A DNA stretch of 64,000 nt from a plasmid: the sequence record NZ_CP137560.1; one strand, 5' to 3'. Positions 54,835-64,000 of the stretch are shown here, in pieces; the first letter of the stretch is position 1; each line of letters begins with the position of its first letter. The notes beneath the pieces are model-generated. The model saw nothing but the letters and a program-made list of their open reading frames with translations. It made no database searches and was not told the DNA's origin. Position numbers and translations under genes: made by a program.

Positions 54835-56280
54835 ATGCTACAAAATATCATTGGAAGAAAACGGGAAATTGAGCTAATCAAAAATTGCGTCAGTTCCAAC
54901 AAACCCGAATTCATCGCCATCTATGGTAGAAGACGAATCGGCAAAACATATCTCGTCAAACAACTATTGGGCGAGAAGTTTAGTTTCTATATGACGGGTG
55001 TGTACCAATGCACCAAAAATGAAATGCTCGCTTACTTCAGCGAGCAGCTGTCGTTGTATTCAGGAAAGAAACAGGCAAGACCTAAAAACTGGTTCGAGGC
55101 ATTCTCTCAACTGCGTGCTTATCTCTCCACCCTATTGGCAGAAAGAAAACAAATCATCATCTTCATAGATGAACTGCCATGGCTGGATACACCGAAGTCT
55201 AATTTCATCCGAGCCCTAGACCTGTTTTGGAACGGATGGGCTTCAGACCAGCCAAACATCAAGTTCATCGTCTGCGGTTCTGCTACCACCTGGATGACCA
55301 ATAAGCTTTTGGGCGACAAAGGCGGCTTGCATAATCGGGTAACCAGAAAGATTTACCTCGCCCCCTTTGACCTTAACGAGACAGAGCTTTTCTTACAATC
55401 AAAAGGTATCGTATGGACACGCCATCAGATAGCAGAATGCTACATGATTATGGGAGGCACGCCATTTTACCTCAATATGATAGACAAGCAATATAGCTTG
55501 CCTCAAAATATTGATATGCTTTTTTTCGCAGAAGGCGCAGAACTCTCCAATGAATACGAGTTCCTGTTCCGCTCACTCTTCAAGGATTCCATACTTTACC
55601 GAAGAATTGTGGAACTTCTTGCCAAAAAAAAGATGGGTATGACAAGAGAAGATGTGATGAAAGCGTTACATCTCACATCAGGCGGAAAACTGTCTGAGGC
55701 ATTCAATGATCTCATCAGCTGCGACTTCATCAGAAAATACAATTCTTTCGGGAACAAGTCGAACGGTGCCATGTATCAGTTGACCGACCTCTACACCTTG
55801 TTCTATTTACATTATATAAAAGGTAAAGAGGAGACCGACGAACATCTTTGGAGCAACATGATAGACTCTCCGTCCCATCGTGCCTGGAGCGGTTATGCCT
55901 TCGAACAGCTCTGCCTTCACCATATCTCGCAAATCAAGAAAAAGTTAGGTATCCTGGGAGTACAGACGAATGTTTATTCCTGGCAACAGAAAGCCAACAA
56001 AGAAAAAGGAATTGAAGGTGCACAGATTGACCTTATATTAGACCGCAGAGACCAGATTATCAATCTCTGCGAAATGAAGTATTCTCTCCAGGCATACGAC
56101 ATCACCCCTGCTTATCTGCAAAAGCTGCTGGACAGAAGAGAAATCTTCCGCCAAGCTTCCAATACTAGCAAGGCACTTCATCTTACTTTCGTCACAGCTA
56201 CAGGAATAAAAAAGAATGCCCAGGAAGGCATGATTCAGAGCGAAGTGGGATTAGACGATTTATTTGGTGAGAAAGTTTGA
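54835..56280 (+). CDS. AAA+ ATPase of the DUF234/archaeal-ATPase family
   Basis: Walker A IAIYGRRRIGKTYLVKQ; Walker B IIIFIDELPWL; C-terminal DUF234-like region. Confidence 0.8.
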   Translation: MLQNIIGRKREIELIKNCVSSNKPEFIAIYGRRRIGKTYLVKQLLGEKFSFYMTGVYQCTKNEMLAYFSEQLSLYSGKKQARPKNWFEAFSQLRAYLSTLLAERKQIIIFIDELPWLDTPKSNFIRALDLFWNGWASDQPNIKFIVCGSATTWMTNKLLGDKGGLHNRVTRKIYLAPFDLNETELFLQSKGIVWTRHQIAECYMIMGGTPFYLNMIDKQYSLPQNIDMLFFAEGAELSNEYEFLFRSLFKDSILYRRIVELLAKKKMGMTREDVMKALHLTSGGKLSEAFNDLISCDFIRKYNSFGNKSNGAMYQLTDLYTLFYLHYIKGKEETDEHLWSNMIDSPSHRAWSGYAFEQLCLHHISQIKKKLGILGVQTNVYSWQQKANKEKGIEGAQIDLILDRRDQIINLCEMKYSLQAYDITPAYLQKLLDRREIFRQASNTSKALHLTFVTATGIKKNAQEGMIQSEVGLDDLFGEKV

Positions 56281-56824
56281 ATTTGTACTTTTGCCATGCC
56301 ATTCAGAGTTTTATTTGTTATTTTTTACTACACTAAGATAAGTGAAATTTTAGACATAAAAATCCTGAGCAACTTATTGTTGCTCAGGCACTTATAAGAT
56401 ATTAAATTAGAGTGTTGCGAAATTAGGGATTATTATAAATCCTCACCATTAGCATGATTGTATTCATTGTCATAAAACATTGTTATGTAGTATTCTCCAT
56501 AACTTTCACAAATTCTAAACCATACAGGTTTCATAAACATCATTTTCATGCCTATTTTTATTGCTGCATTTTGAATTTCCTTTGTCTTTTGGGTACAAAA
56601 CCTTTACTTACCAGTTTTTGTTTCATCTCAGATTTAAAACTGTTATGCTCTTCAAGCGGTCCCTCGGGGATCACGTGATGGGGAACTGGTGAACAAGAGA
56701 CGAGCAACGAGGGATCACGAGGCGGGCAACGAGTGCCCAAACAAATGGCTATGATTTGGGCAACGCATCTATCATCATCAGTCGCTTTTTTGACAGATTA
56801 ATCCATTTAATTGAATCAGATTTG

Positions 56825-59485
56825 TTATTTTTTTGCAACAAGATAAGTGAAAGTCTGCTTATCAGTAACTATACGCAACAGATAGATACCTGCAGGAATG
56901 CCTTGCAGAGAAAGCGAGGCTTGATTTCCATTTATATTCTCAGACTGTTTAAGGAGACTGCCACTTATCTGATAGAGTTTGATGTTTCTCAAACCACTAC
57001 CGGAAACTGATAGTTGATGACTTTCGAGACGGACATCAATGGAAGGAGCTGCATTTACAGAGGCTCCGATTCCTGTAGATGTGTCCTGGGAAATAGCGAG
57101 GAGGTCGCCTTTACGCTTCAGGTAATACACGGGTCCCTGCGGATTGCCAAGTTCGATTTCCTTGCCTTCTATCTCCCCCATCACCCTCATGCGATAAGTA
57201 TGACCATCTACAAAAGCCAAATTGTTCTTGCGCAGCCAATAACTGTAAAGGGGAACCTCGAAGGTTGAAGAAACACTCACTTCATCATCGATTCCCCGCA
57301 CCTGTATCTTTTCCTTTGTCTCTGTGTCTTCACCCATCAGCGTTATACGTCCTTCATAACTTCTGCCTTCGGATGCGAGCAGCGAGACTCCCAATTTGAA
57401 ATTAGCATATTTCGTCATATCAATAGTGCCTGATTCTATTTTCTCGTGGGAATCATCAGCTAAAAAGACTTCTGCTTTCGCCATTAGCGGCTTTTCCTGC
57501 GCTTTCTCCACCTGGATAAATGCAGCCTCCCGGTCGTGGATTAGGTTGACAGGATAGAACATCGTTTCTGCTTCATCGCCTGAGATGATGAGTTTCACTT
57601 CGTAGCATCCTGGAGAAAGATTTGAAGGCAGAGAAAGCAAAATTGGAATTTCGGTTTCGGTAAAACCTTCGATTTCGCTGAGCTGATCGACACGGGTATC
57701 CATCACGACCTCTCGACTATCATTGAGCAATTGTACTCTCAAATAACAGTCACGAGGTACTCCATTGAGATTTTTCAGCGAGAAGAATGCCTGTACTTTT
57801 TCCCCCTGTTCTACGCTGCCGATGAGTCTTGGCTGCGCCATTAACTGGAAATGAGGTTCTTCCGAATAGATTTCAGATATGCGCCCAGTTCTATCCTTCA
57901 GTTCCACTTCTACCACAGGCGCCTTTTTTATCAGAAAGAACTCATCCCACGACTGATCTTCTTTTCTGGCAACACATACAGGAAGGAGACGATAATATCC
58001 ATCCTGAAGACCTGAAAAATTCAACTTGACAGGTTGTGCTTCATTGATAAGATAGTCGTTCCCCATCCATCCGGCATGATCGGCACCATAGATTCGCTGC
58101 GTAAAACCTCCCAGAGCATGATCATCAGAATAGGCAACCTGCATGAGGTTCCCATCCACATCATAGACTGCTACACCAATATCTCCCCGGAAAGGCTTAC
58201 CCCTGTTGACGAATGAATTCATTTCCACTGTAATCGTCTGTGATGGGTTGAAATTCTTGCCAGTTGCCTCTTTTATCAGTAGCGAACCACCCTCATTGAA
58301 CATCAACTGTGGGGAATTTTCCAAGAGACTACGGTCTATCTCCGGATATTTCCCATTATCGGGATGTGCTAAGATAGCCATGATAGCACGGTTGAATGCC
58401 AGCGGCTTACCTTGGAACTCACTACCTGTCTGCGAAACACTGAGGTTGGTGAGTGAATAGTAGCCATCACCCTGTCCCTCCCAACCGAAATTCATGTGGA
58501 AGAGTCCATTTTCATCAAAACCATCTGTCACCCATGCATGTCCGGAAGCAGCACCAGCCGGTCTGCCTTCCAGATAGACAGGACATCCATTGAGGAGTTC
58601 CTGCCGCAGGATTTCTGCAAAACGGGTAGGCCCTTCTATTGCTTTGGTTGCGTAGGCAGCCGAATAATCAAAGTTTTTTAGCAGAGCCTGATAGGCAAAT
58701 ATGCCCTGTGTTCCGCTGGCATTAGGTGTATATTGCATGAAAGAAGCCACGCCCACATCACTCATCAGCAAGGCAACGGCATCTTCCTGTTCTGATGTTG
58801 CACGAACAGGATAACGGTAGTCGGGCAACATATTCGCCCAATCATAATGAGACTGACTGAAGTCTGCACTTTTCTTGGTATGATAATAAGTTACCTCATA
58901 CTCATTCTGTCCCTTTCCCTGAAGAGGCCATTGATGGTAATACATCAATTGTGCGATGGCAGTAGCCACACATCCGCTATAGGGGTAACCTGTACGGGCA
59001 TTAAAAGGATACGACTGTCCCCATCTGCTTTTCAGTAGAGGAGATACGGTTTGAGAAAACAGACCAGAGCGGGTTGCATTTCCGACAACTACCTTTCCTT
59101 CTTTCAGCACCTCGTATGTCTGGCGATACCCCTCCAAGAGGAGTTTTACGCAGGGGTTGGCATTCAGCGTGTCGAGTGTTCCCTCAGTACTGTAAGCCAA
59201 AATTTCCCCCATCTCATCATCGCCAGAGACAATCACAAATCCGCTTCCCCTGGCATCATTATATATATAATAAGGTGTATCAGCTGTTTGAGAGAAACCT
59301 TTAGATTTTGCCTTTACCTCTTGGGATTGAGGTAAGGTGACGTATCTTTGAGCTATCTTCGCTGCTTTGCGAGGATTGATATTTTTACTATATACTGCCG
59401 GACTAAAGGCTAAAAGGAAACAGACGATGGCCTGTGAAAGGGCTATCGAGGGGGAAAAGGACAGGATACTATGAATAACTTTCAT
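56825..59485 (-). CDS. C10-family (streptopain-like) cysteine peptidase with N-terminal inhibitor-like prodomain and T9SS C-terminal sorting domain
   Basis: Signal peptide; catalytic Cys in YSGCVATAIAQLMYYHQWP and His in GHAWVTDGF; C-terminal ...AGIYLLRIVTDKQTFTYLVAKK beta-sandwich tail typical of Por/T9SS substrates. Confidence 0.8.
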   Translation of the reverse strand: MKVIHSILSFSPSIALSQAIVCFLLAFSPAVYSKNINPRKAAKIAQRYVTLPQSQEVKAKSKGFSQTADTPYYIYNDARGSGFVIVSGDDEMGEILAYSTEGTLDTLNANPCVKLLLEGYRQTYEVLKEGKVVVGNATRSGLFSQTVSPLLKSRWGQSYPFNARTGYPYSGCVATAIAQLMYYHQWPLQGKGQNEYEVTYYHTKKSADFSQSHYDWANMLPDYRYPVRATSEQEDAVALLMSDVGVASFMQYTPNASGTQGIFAYQALLKNFDYSAAYATKAIEGPTRFAEILRQELLNGCPVYLEGRPAGAASGHAWVTDGFDENGLFHMNFGWEGQGDGYYSLTNLSVSQTGSEFQGKPLAFNRAIMAILAHPDNGKYPEIDRSLLENSPQLMFNEGGSLLIKEATGKNFNPSQTITVEMNSFVNRGKPFRGDIGVAVYDVDGNLMQVAYSDDHALGGFTQRIYGADHAGWMGNDYLINEAQPVKLNFSGLQDGYYRLLPVCVARKEDQSWDEFFLIKKAPVVEVELKDRTGRISEIYSEEPHFQLMAQPRLIGSVEQGEKVQAFFSLKNLNGVPRDCYLRVQLLNDSREVVMDTRVDQLSEIEGFTETEIPILLSLPSNLSPGCYEVKLIISGDEAETMFYPVNLIHDREAAFIQVEKAQEKPLMAKAEVFLADDSHEKIESGTIDMTKYANFKLGVSLLASEGRSYEGRITLMGEDTETKEKIQVRGIDDEVSVSSTFEVPLYSYWLRKNNLAFVDGHTYRMRVMGEIEGKEIELGNPQGPVYYLKRKGDLLAISQDTSTGIGASVNAAPSIDVRLESHQLSVSGSGLRNIKLYQISGSLLKQSENINGNQASLSLQGIPAGIYLLRIVTDKQTFTYLVAKK

Positions 59486-60135
59486 GATGACTGTAAGTTG
59501 ATAATTATTAAAATCTAATAGTTTTATTGATTGTAGAAATATCCATTTCTATATTTTTGCAAAGATACAAAAAATATTCATAATAGGCTCGTTTTGAACA
59601 ATATTTTATAACAAACTCTAATTCCGCCGCCCTACACCGCACCCATATTGTCATGAGTTGTTACGTTAATACTGTGAGTCAACGTGTATTATTAATAAAG
59701 CATAAAGTGGTCAATTTTTTTTTTTAGTTTCTATCAGAATAATGCAATAGGCTTCAACTGCTTACGAAGCTGCTTTCATTGCTCTATGAAATAGGCTTCA
59801 TTGACTATCGAAGCCGCTTTCGTATTTCGAGGCTTTACTATTCAAGTTTATGCTTTAGTAACGACAAGTTTTCAATAGGGGTGCTGAGTAGTTACTTATA
59901 GTGTTTGCCGTATAATGTAGGTTTTGTAAATTAAGTATTGGCATATCTGTTCTTGCCGATAAATTATCATTTATCTGACGATTGAGTTCTATTTTTGTTT
60001 CAATGGCAGAAAGGACAGATGCAATTTTTCTTTAGTATCATCATTATTTTTCTAAAATAAACATGTGGTAAGAGTGAAAAATAGCACTTACTTTTTGAAT
60101 ATTGCAGTTGCTGCAATATTCAAAAAACCTCCATT

Positions 60136-61254
60136 TTATTCTTCCTCCATTTTATTTTCTATTTCTTCTATCTGTGGCAAAGCCGAAGCGACATCAGCAA
60201 AGAGTTTTTCTGTTTCGTATTGTGCAATGCCCATTGGTTGAGTAATGCCACGAAGCGAGAACTCTGCTTTCTTGTTGCTCTTAGTACGGCAGAGAAGCAA
60301 GCCAATGGTAGGCTTGTCTTCAGGTGACTTTACCATGTCGTCAACAGCAGAAATATAGAAGTTCAGTTTGCTAACGAACTCAGGTTTGAACTCCACGGCT
60401 TTTAACTCCACAACAACATAGCAATGCAGTTTGAGATGGTACATCAGCAAGTCGATATAGTAGTCATCACCATCTACCGAAATGTGGTATTGCCTGCCAA
60501 TGTATGCAAAGCCACGTCCCATTTCAAGGAGAAAGTCTGTAATCTTGCTTGTCAATGTTTTCTCAATGTCAAGCTCATTTTGGAGTGCCACTGTACCCAA
60601 AAAACTAAAATTGTATGGGTCTTTAAAAATATACTTCGCCAAATCGGACTGAAGAGGTGGCAAGGTTTGCTCAAAGTTATTGATTGCATGCCCTTTAGCA
60701 TGGATATATCCATTTGCTATCTGCATAAGCATCACATCACGACTCCACCCATTCTGCGCAGTTTCTGTAATGTAATAAGCTCGTTCGGCAATGTCTTTTA
60801 CTTTCGATAGAAGCGAAATGTGATGATACCAAGTAATTTGTGCAAGTGGAACTTGCACAAAGCCTTTGTCATCTTCTTTAAATTGGTCAAGTACCACTTG
60901 ACCAATTGGAATATTTTCCATTTTTGCAAGCGGCACTTGCAAAAATGGAAAATCTGGATACGCTTCAGCGAAACGTCTCATACTTTTGAGATTACTCAAA
61001 GAGTATCCTCTATCATTAGGGAACTTTTGGGATAAATCAACAGATAATTTTGATATGATATTTGCTCCCCAGCCTAATTGTCTCTGCTGTGCTAAAATTC
61101 GTTTGCCCAAAGTCCAATATAACGCCAATGTGTCAGCATTGACATTAATTGCGGTACGTAGTTTTGCTACCTCTATAAGATGCTCTATGTCTTTGCGCCA
61201 TTCTGCATAACCATCAGGCAGCAAATCGGTATTTGCGTTAATAATTTCATTCAT
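60136..61254 (-). CDS. YhcG-like (DUF1016) PD-(D/E)xK nuclease-fold protein
   Basis: C-terminal YIDLLMYHLKLHCYVVVELKAVEFKPE (D...ELK PDDEXK core); family size and organisation. Confidence 0.65.
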   Translation of the reverse strand: MNEIINANTDLLPDGYAEWRKDIEHLIEVAKLRTAINVNADTLALYWTLGKRILAQQRQLGWGANIISKLSVDLSQKFPNDRGYSLSNLKSMRRFAEAYPDFPFLQVPLAKMENIPIGQVVLDQFKEDDKGFVQVPLAQITWYHHISLLSKVKDIAERAYYITETAQNGWSRDVMLMQIANGYIHAKGHAINNFEQTLPPLQSDLAKYIFKDPYNFSFLGTVALQNELDIEKTLTSKITDFLLEMGRGFAYIGRQYHISVDGDDYYIDLLMYHLKLHCYVVVELKAVEFKPEFVSKLNFYISAVDDMVKSPEDKPTIGLLLCRTKSNKKAEFSLRGITQPMGIAQYETEKLFADVASALPQIEEIENKMEEE

Positions 61255-61258
61255 GCCT

Positions 61259-61520
61259 TTATTCCTTTCCTACATTTCTATTAAAGCTAAGACTTCCGAG
61301 TTGCTTCATTATCTCATCTTCCAAACGATGACTTTCAGCGAATTGTTGTGCAAGCGTAGTTCTATAATCATTCATTCGCTTACTTTCAGCCACCATTTCC
61401 CCATGGTTGTTTGGCTTTTTTACCTCCACGAAGCAAAGAGGTAAACCATTGACAAACAAAGTGATGTCTGGGCGGAATTCATCTTGACCATTCTTGCAAG
61501 TGAACTCAGCCGTAAAATGA
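61259..61520 (-). pseudogene. Type I restriction enzyme HsdR N-terminal fragment (remnant)
   Basis: ITLFVNGLPLCFVEVKKP matches the conserved HsdR N-terminal NG(L/I)PL.VIE.KKP motif; fewer than 90 codons remain. Confidence 0.5.
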
Positions 61521-61676
61521 AAAATGTTGGTTTAAATCTTTCATAACATTCAATTTGTTGCTTTAAATGCAAATATAGTGATTTCTTTTTATAAATATAT
61601 GTCAACAGATTAATCTTTAACAAGATATAACAAAGAAAGGATAGCCCGTGAAAGGGCTATCGATCTACACCATTTA

Positions 61677-62633
61677 TTATTTCACATCCGGATATATCGC
61701 AACTTTAATGACTCCATCCTTTCTGTTTTCAAAGATATCGTAGGCTTCTTCGATTTTTGAAAGAGGGAAACGGTGGGTAATGAGAGGAGTGGTGTCTATC
61801 CTGCCCTGAGATATCAGATGCAGGATTTCCTCGCAGTCGCAACCATCTACACCGCCTGTCTTGAAGATGAGATTTTTGCCATACATATCTGGGAGAGGTA
61901 AGAGCTGAGGTTTATCGTACATCGCCACAATGGTAACTATCGCATTAGGACGGGCACATTGCCATGCCAACTGGAAAGTATCAGGACCGCCTGCTACCTC
62001 CATCACCACATCCGCACCACCGTGCAAACTCTGTTCCTTGACAAAAGCCTCGCAATCCTCTGGTTCTACCACCAAAACCTGCGGATAATGCTCCTTGATA
62101 AAAGCTCTTCTGGCTTCTGACTTCTCGCAAACGATGATTTTCTGCGGATTCTTCAACAACGTGCAAAGCAAACAGCACACTCCCGTAGGTCCTGCTCCGA
62201 TAATCAAAACTGTATCTTCTTCCTTGATTTCAGAAATCCTTGTTGCCCAGAAACCCGTGGCAAGAATATCTCCAACAAAGAGTGCCTGCTCATCACTTAC
62301 ATTGTCAGGAATCCTATTTAAGCCCGTAGTGGCATAAGGAACCCTTACATATTCGGTCTGCCCGCCATCAATACGACAGCCCAAAGCCCAACCGCCATGA
62401 GGAGAAGTACAGTTGTTCACATATCCATGTTGGCAGTAGAAGCATTCCCCGCAGTATGTTTCCACATTCACGGTTACTCTATCGCCTGGTTTCACATGGG
62501 TAACCTTCTCCCCTACTTCTTCTACGATACCCACCATTTCATGTCCCACAGTAATTCCGGGAATGGCACGAGGAACAGAACCGTGCTTGATATGCAGGTC
62601 GCTGGTACAGATACTGCTCATGGTAACTCTCAC
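61677..62633 (-). CDS. zinc-dependent alcohol dehydrogenase family (sorbitol/threonine dehydrogenase-like); N-terminus disrupted by a frameshift
   Basis: GHEMVGIVEEVG, C...CGECFYC structural-zinc motif, GAGPTG Rossmann motif; MKAFTYIKT... is in another frame upstream (62647..62721). Confidence 0.8.
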   Translation of the reverse strand: MRVTMSSICTSDLHIKHGSVPRAIPGITVGHEMVGIVEEVGEKVTHVKPGDRVTVNVETYCGECFYCQHGYVNNCTSPHGGWALGCRIDGGQTEYVRVPYATTGLNRIPDNVSDEQALFVGDILATGFWATRISEIKEEDTVLIIGAGPTGVCCLLCTLLKNPQKIIVCEKSEARRAFIKEHYPQVLVVEPEDCEAFVKEQSLHGGADVVMEVAGGPDTFQLAWQCARPNAIVTIVAMYDKPQLLPLPDMYGKNLIFKTGGVDGCDCEEILHLISQGRIDTTPLITHRFPLSKIEEAYDIFENRKDGVIKVAIYPDVK

Positions 62634-63008
62634 GATGGCATCGTGTTCATCTATCAGGATTGGTTTCTCCTTTTCGGTGAACCCAAATACACCTTGTTTT
62701 AATATATGTAAATGCTTTCATTATGACTGTAAGTTGATAATTGTTTTTATCTTTGTTTATCGGACTATTTTTCTTTTTGTTATCTGGCCGTTTTGTCAGA
62801 TTGTCGAAATATTCATTTCTATTTTTTTGCGGAAATATACAAAAAATATTCGGAACCAAGTATCAAACGTTTACCCAAAAGCAACATGCTCAATCGTTTG
62901 CACAAAAAAAAACAGATAAATGGCTGATATTCAGGATAACGACTTTAAATTTTAGATAACTTTGCAACCGAAAAAGATGAATAATAAACAATTTAAAGAT
63001 TATAAAAG

Positions 63009-64000
63009 ATGATAAAAATTAATGATTCCAAACATTTAAAAGCACTACTAGCGATATGCTTCCTGCTTTTACTCCCTTTACAACTTTTTGCAAAGGATAT
63101 CACGGTTTATTTCCGTGATGTAAATAATGAAAAACTTTCCTTGTACATCTGGTGGTACGGTGATAATAATAAAGAAGAACATCCAGTTGGAGATTGGGAT
63201 GCGGCATACAATCACCACTATGATACCAAAACAATAGGTGGTAAAGAATGGAAATACTGCACCGTTACCATTGATGACAATAAGACAATGAATGTAATTA
63301 TCCGAAAGGAAGGAGTAGCTCAAGGAAAAACACAAACTGTTGATATCACTGGTATAGACAAGGATACGTATTTGGAAACAAATGGTCATTTTCCAACTCC
63401 ATGGTCCGGAACCTATGTACAGCAGCTGGAAGATAGTAAGACTGAAGATAGGCATAAAGAAATCATGATTTTCAACGAACTGACTCGCTCTGAAGCAGAA
63501 GGCAAGACCATCAACTACGAGGTGCGCATGAAGGCAGGTAATACTACCAAGAAGTTCTATATGACCAATGTGAGAAATCAAGAACCAGGTATCCACTCTA
63601 TCAGTTCCAGTCTCTTTATGGTAGGTATCGCAGACAAGGATTTGCCAGGCGAAAACGGTAATCAAGTTGAATTCTATGTAGCAGGATCTGATGACGGACA
63701 GAAATATGACGATGGTACAACCATTACCAATGTATTCAGACCATGGGATAATAATTTTGATTTTACACAGCAGAAAGATCAAAATGGCAAGATTAAGCCC
63801 TATGCAGATTATTACAATTGCAAAAATGAAAGCGACAATACCAATACTTTCAAAATCACTAAAGGTTCAGGTGTGTCATATACCATTTGCCTGAATAACA
63901 GCAATTGGACAAAATCAGATTTTGAAACCAATAGTATAGGAGGAAATTCTAACCAATATAATACAAATAAACCAGTCGGTGATGACGATCATACTCGCTA
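63009..64000 (+). CDS. secreted protein with signal peptide, partial (runs off the window end); possible carbohydrate-binding module
   Basis: Own translation: MIKINDSKHLKALLAICFLLLLPLQLFAKDITVYFRDVNNEKLSLYIWWYGD...; open to position 64000; W/Y-rich beta-type N-terminal module. Confidence 0.5.
   Translation, partial: MIKINDSKHLKALLAICFLLLLPLQLFAKDITVYFRDVNNEKLSLYIWWYGDNNKEEHPVGDWDAAYNHHYDTKTIGGKEWKYCTVTIDDNKTMNVIIRKEGVAQGKTQTVDITGIDKDTYLETNGHFPTPWSGTYVQQLEDSKTEDRHKEIMIFNELTRSEAEGKTINYEVRMKAGNTTKKFYMTNVRNQEPGIHSISSSLFMVGIADKDLPGENGNQVEFYVAGSDDGQKYDDGTTITNVFRPWDNNFDFTQQKDQNGKIKPYADYYNCKNESDNTNTFKITKGSGVSYTICLNNSNWTKSDFETNSIGGNSNQYNTNKPVGDDDHTR

Noticed and set aside
59706-59716. T10 homopolymer upstream of the C10 peptidase gene (and similar T10 at 27817..27826, A9-10 at ~62892)
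   Set aside because: Could be phase-variable promoter tracts, but each lies far (over 90 bp) from the nearest start codon and AT-rich intergenic homopolymers are common here; no evidence of a switch.
63078-63782. 234-aa minus-strand ORF
   Set aside because: Antisense to a plus-strand ORF (63009 to the window end) that has a clean signal peptide; the minus ORF is Phe/Ile/Cys-rich junk-like.
1-64000. CRISPR array or cas genes
   Set aside because: No regularly spaced direct repeats of 25-50 bp were seen anywhere. The only tandem structures are the 24-bp duplication at 45569 and the GAAAC iterons at 21979.

Overview
This 64-kb window reads as Bacteroidales DNA. It has TAnnTTTG promoter motifs, CTnDOT-style tra genes and a T9SS-tagged C10 peptidase, which suggests Prevotella or Bacteroides.

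The first ~23.4 kb is mobile-element territory. A partial conjugative tra operon lies on the minus strand (traG and traF, plus a traE split in two). Instead of traH onwards, traG is followed by three secreted proteins and then an excisionase-like/mobilisation backbone module. The traE gene is interrupted by an ~11.7-kb composite insertion at 10404..22165.

The int-proximal part of this insertion (13434..22165) is an NBU-like mobilisable element. It carries tandem tyrosine integrases with arm-type GAAAC repeats, an excisionase-like HTH protein, a MobC-like protein, a relaxase and a candidate oriT. Its cargo is an orphan serine-protease-fold fragment, a secreted partner and a TIR-like protein. 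The int-distal part (10404..13433) is an integrase-less module of small, possibly immunity-like ORFs ending in a GC-rich RHS/YD-repeat fragment.

Each module begins with a ~248-bp direct repeat. This repeat carries a surrogate traE 5' end fused in frame to the authentic traE 3' end. All three junctions share a TCTTGA core, and joining the flanks reconstitutes an intact traE.

After acidic small ORFs and a tRNA array (Ser-Arg-Ser-[degenerate Gln-like]-His-Thr) comes a ~13-kb island without an integrase (26.4-39.8 kb). It contains an HTH protein, a 1.1-kb ORF-free segment that may be structured, unknown proteins, a macro-like two-gene operon and a phage/plasmid-type replication module (DnaD-like, DnaC-like, primase). 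A ~600-bp AT-rich region, an XRE regulator and rtcB follow.

The last ~24 kb is largely housekeeping. It holds a complete AmmeMemoRadiSam system, sulfatase and WecB gene fragments, a decayed IS1182-like element, an ECF sigma/anti-sigma/secreted triad, thioesterase, threonine aldolase, yaaA, rhamnose mutarotase, carboxylesterase, TerC, a DUF234 ATPase, a C10 peptidase, a YhcG-like nuclease beside an hsdR fragment, a frameshifted Zn-ADH and a partial secreted protein.
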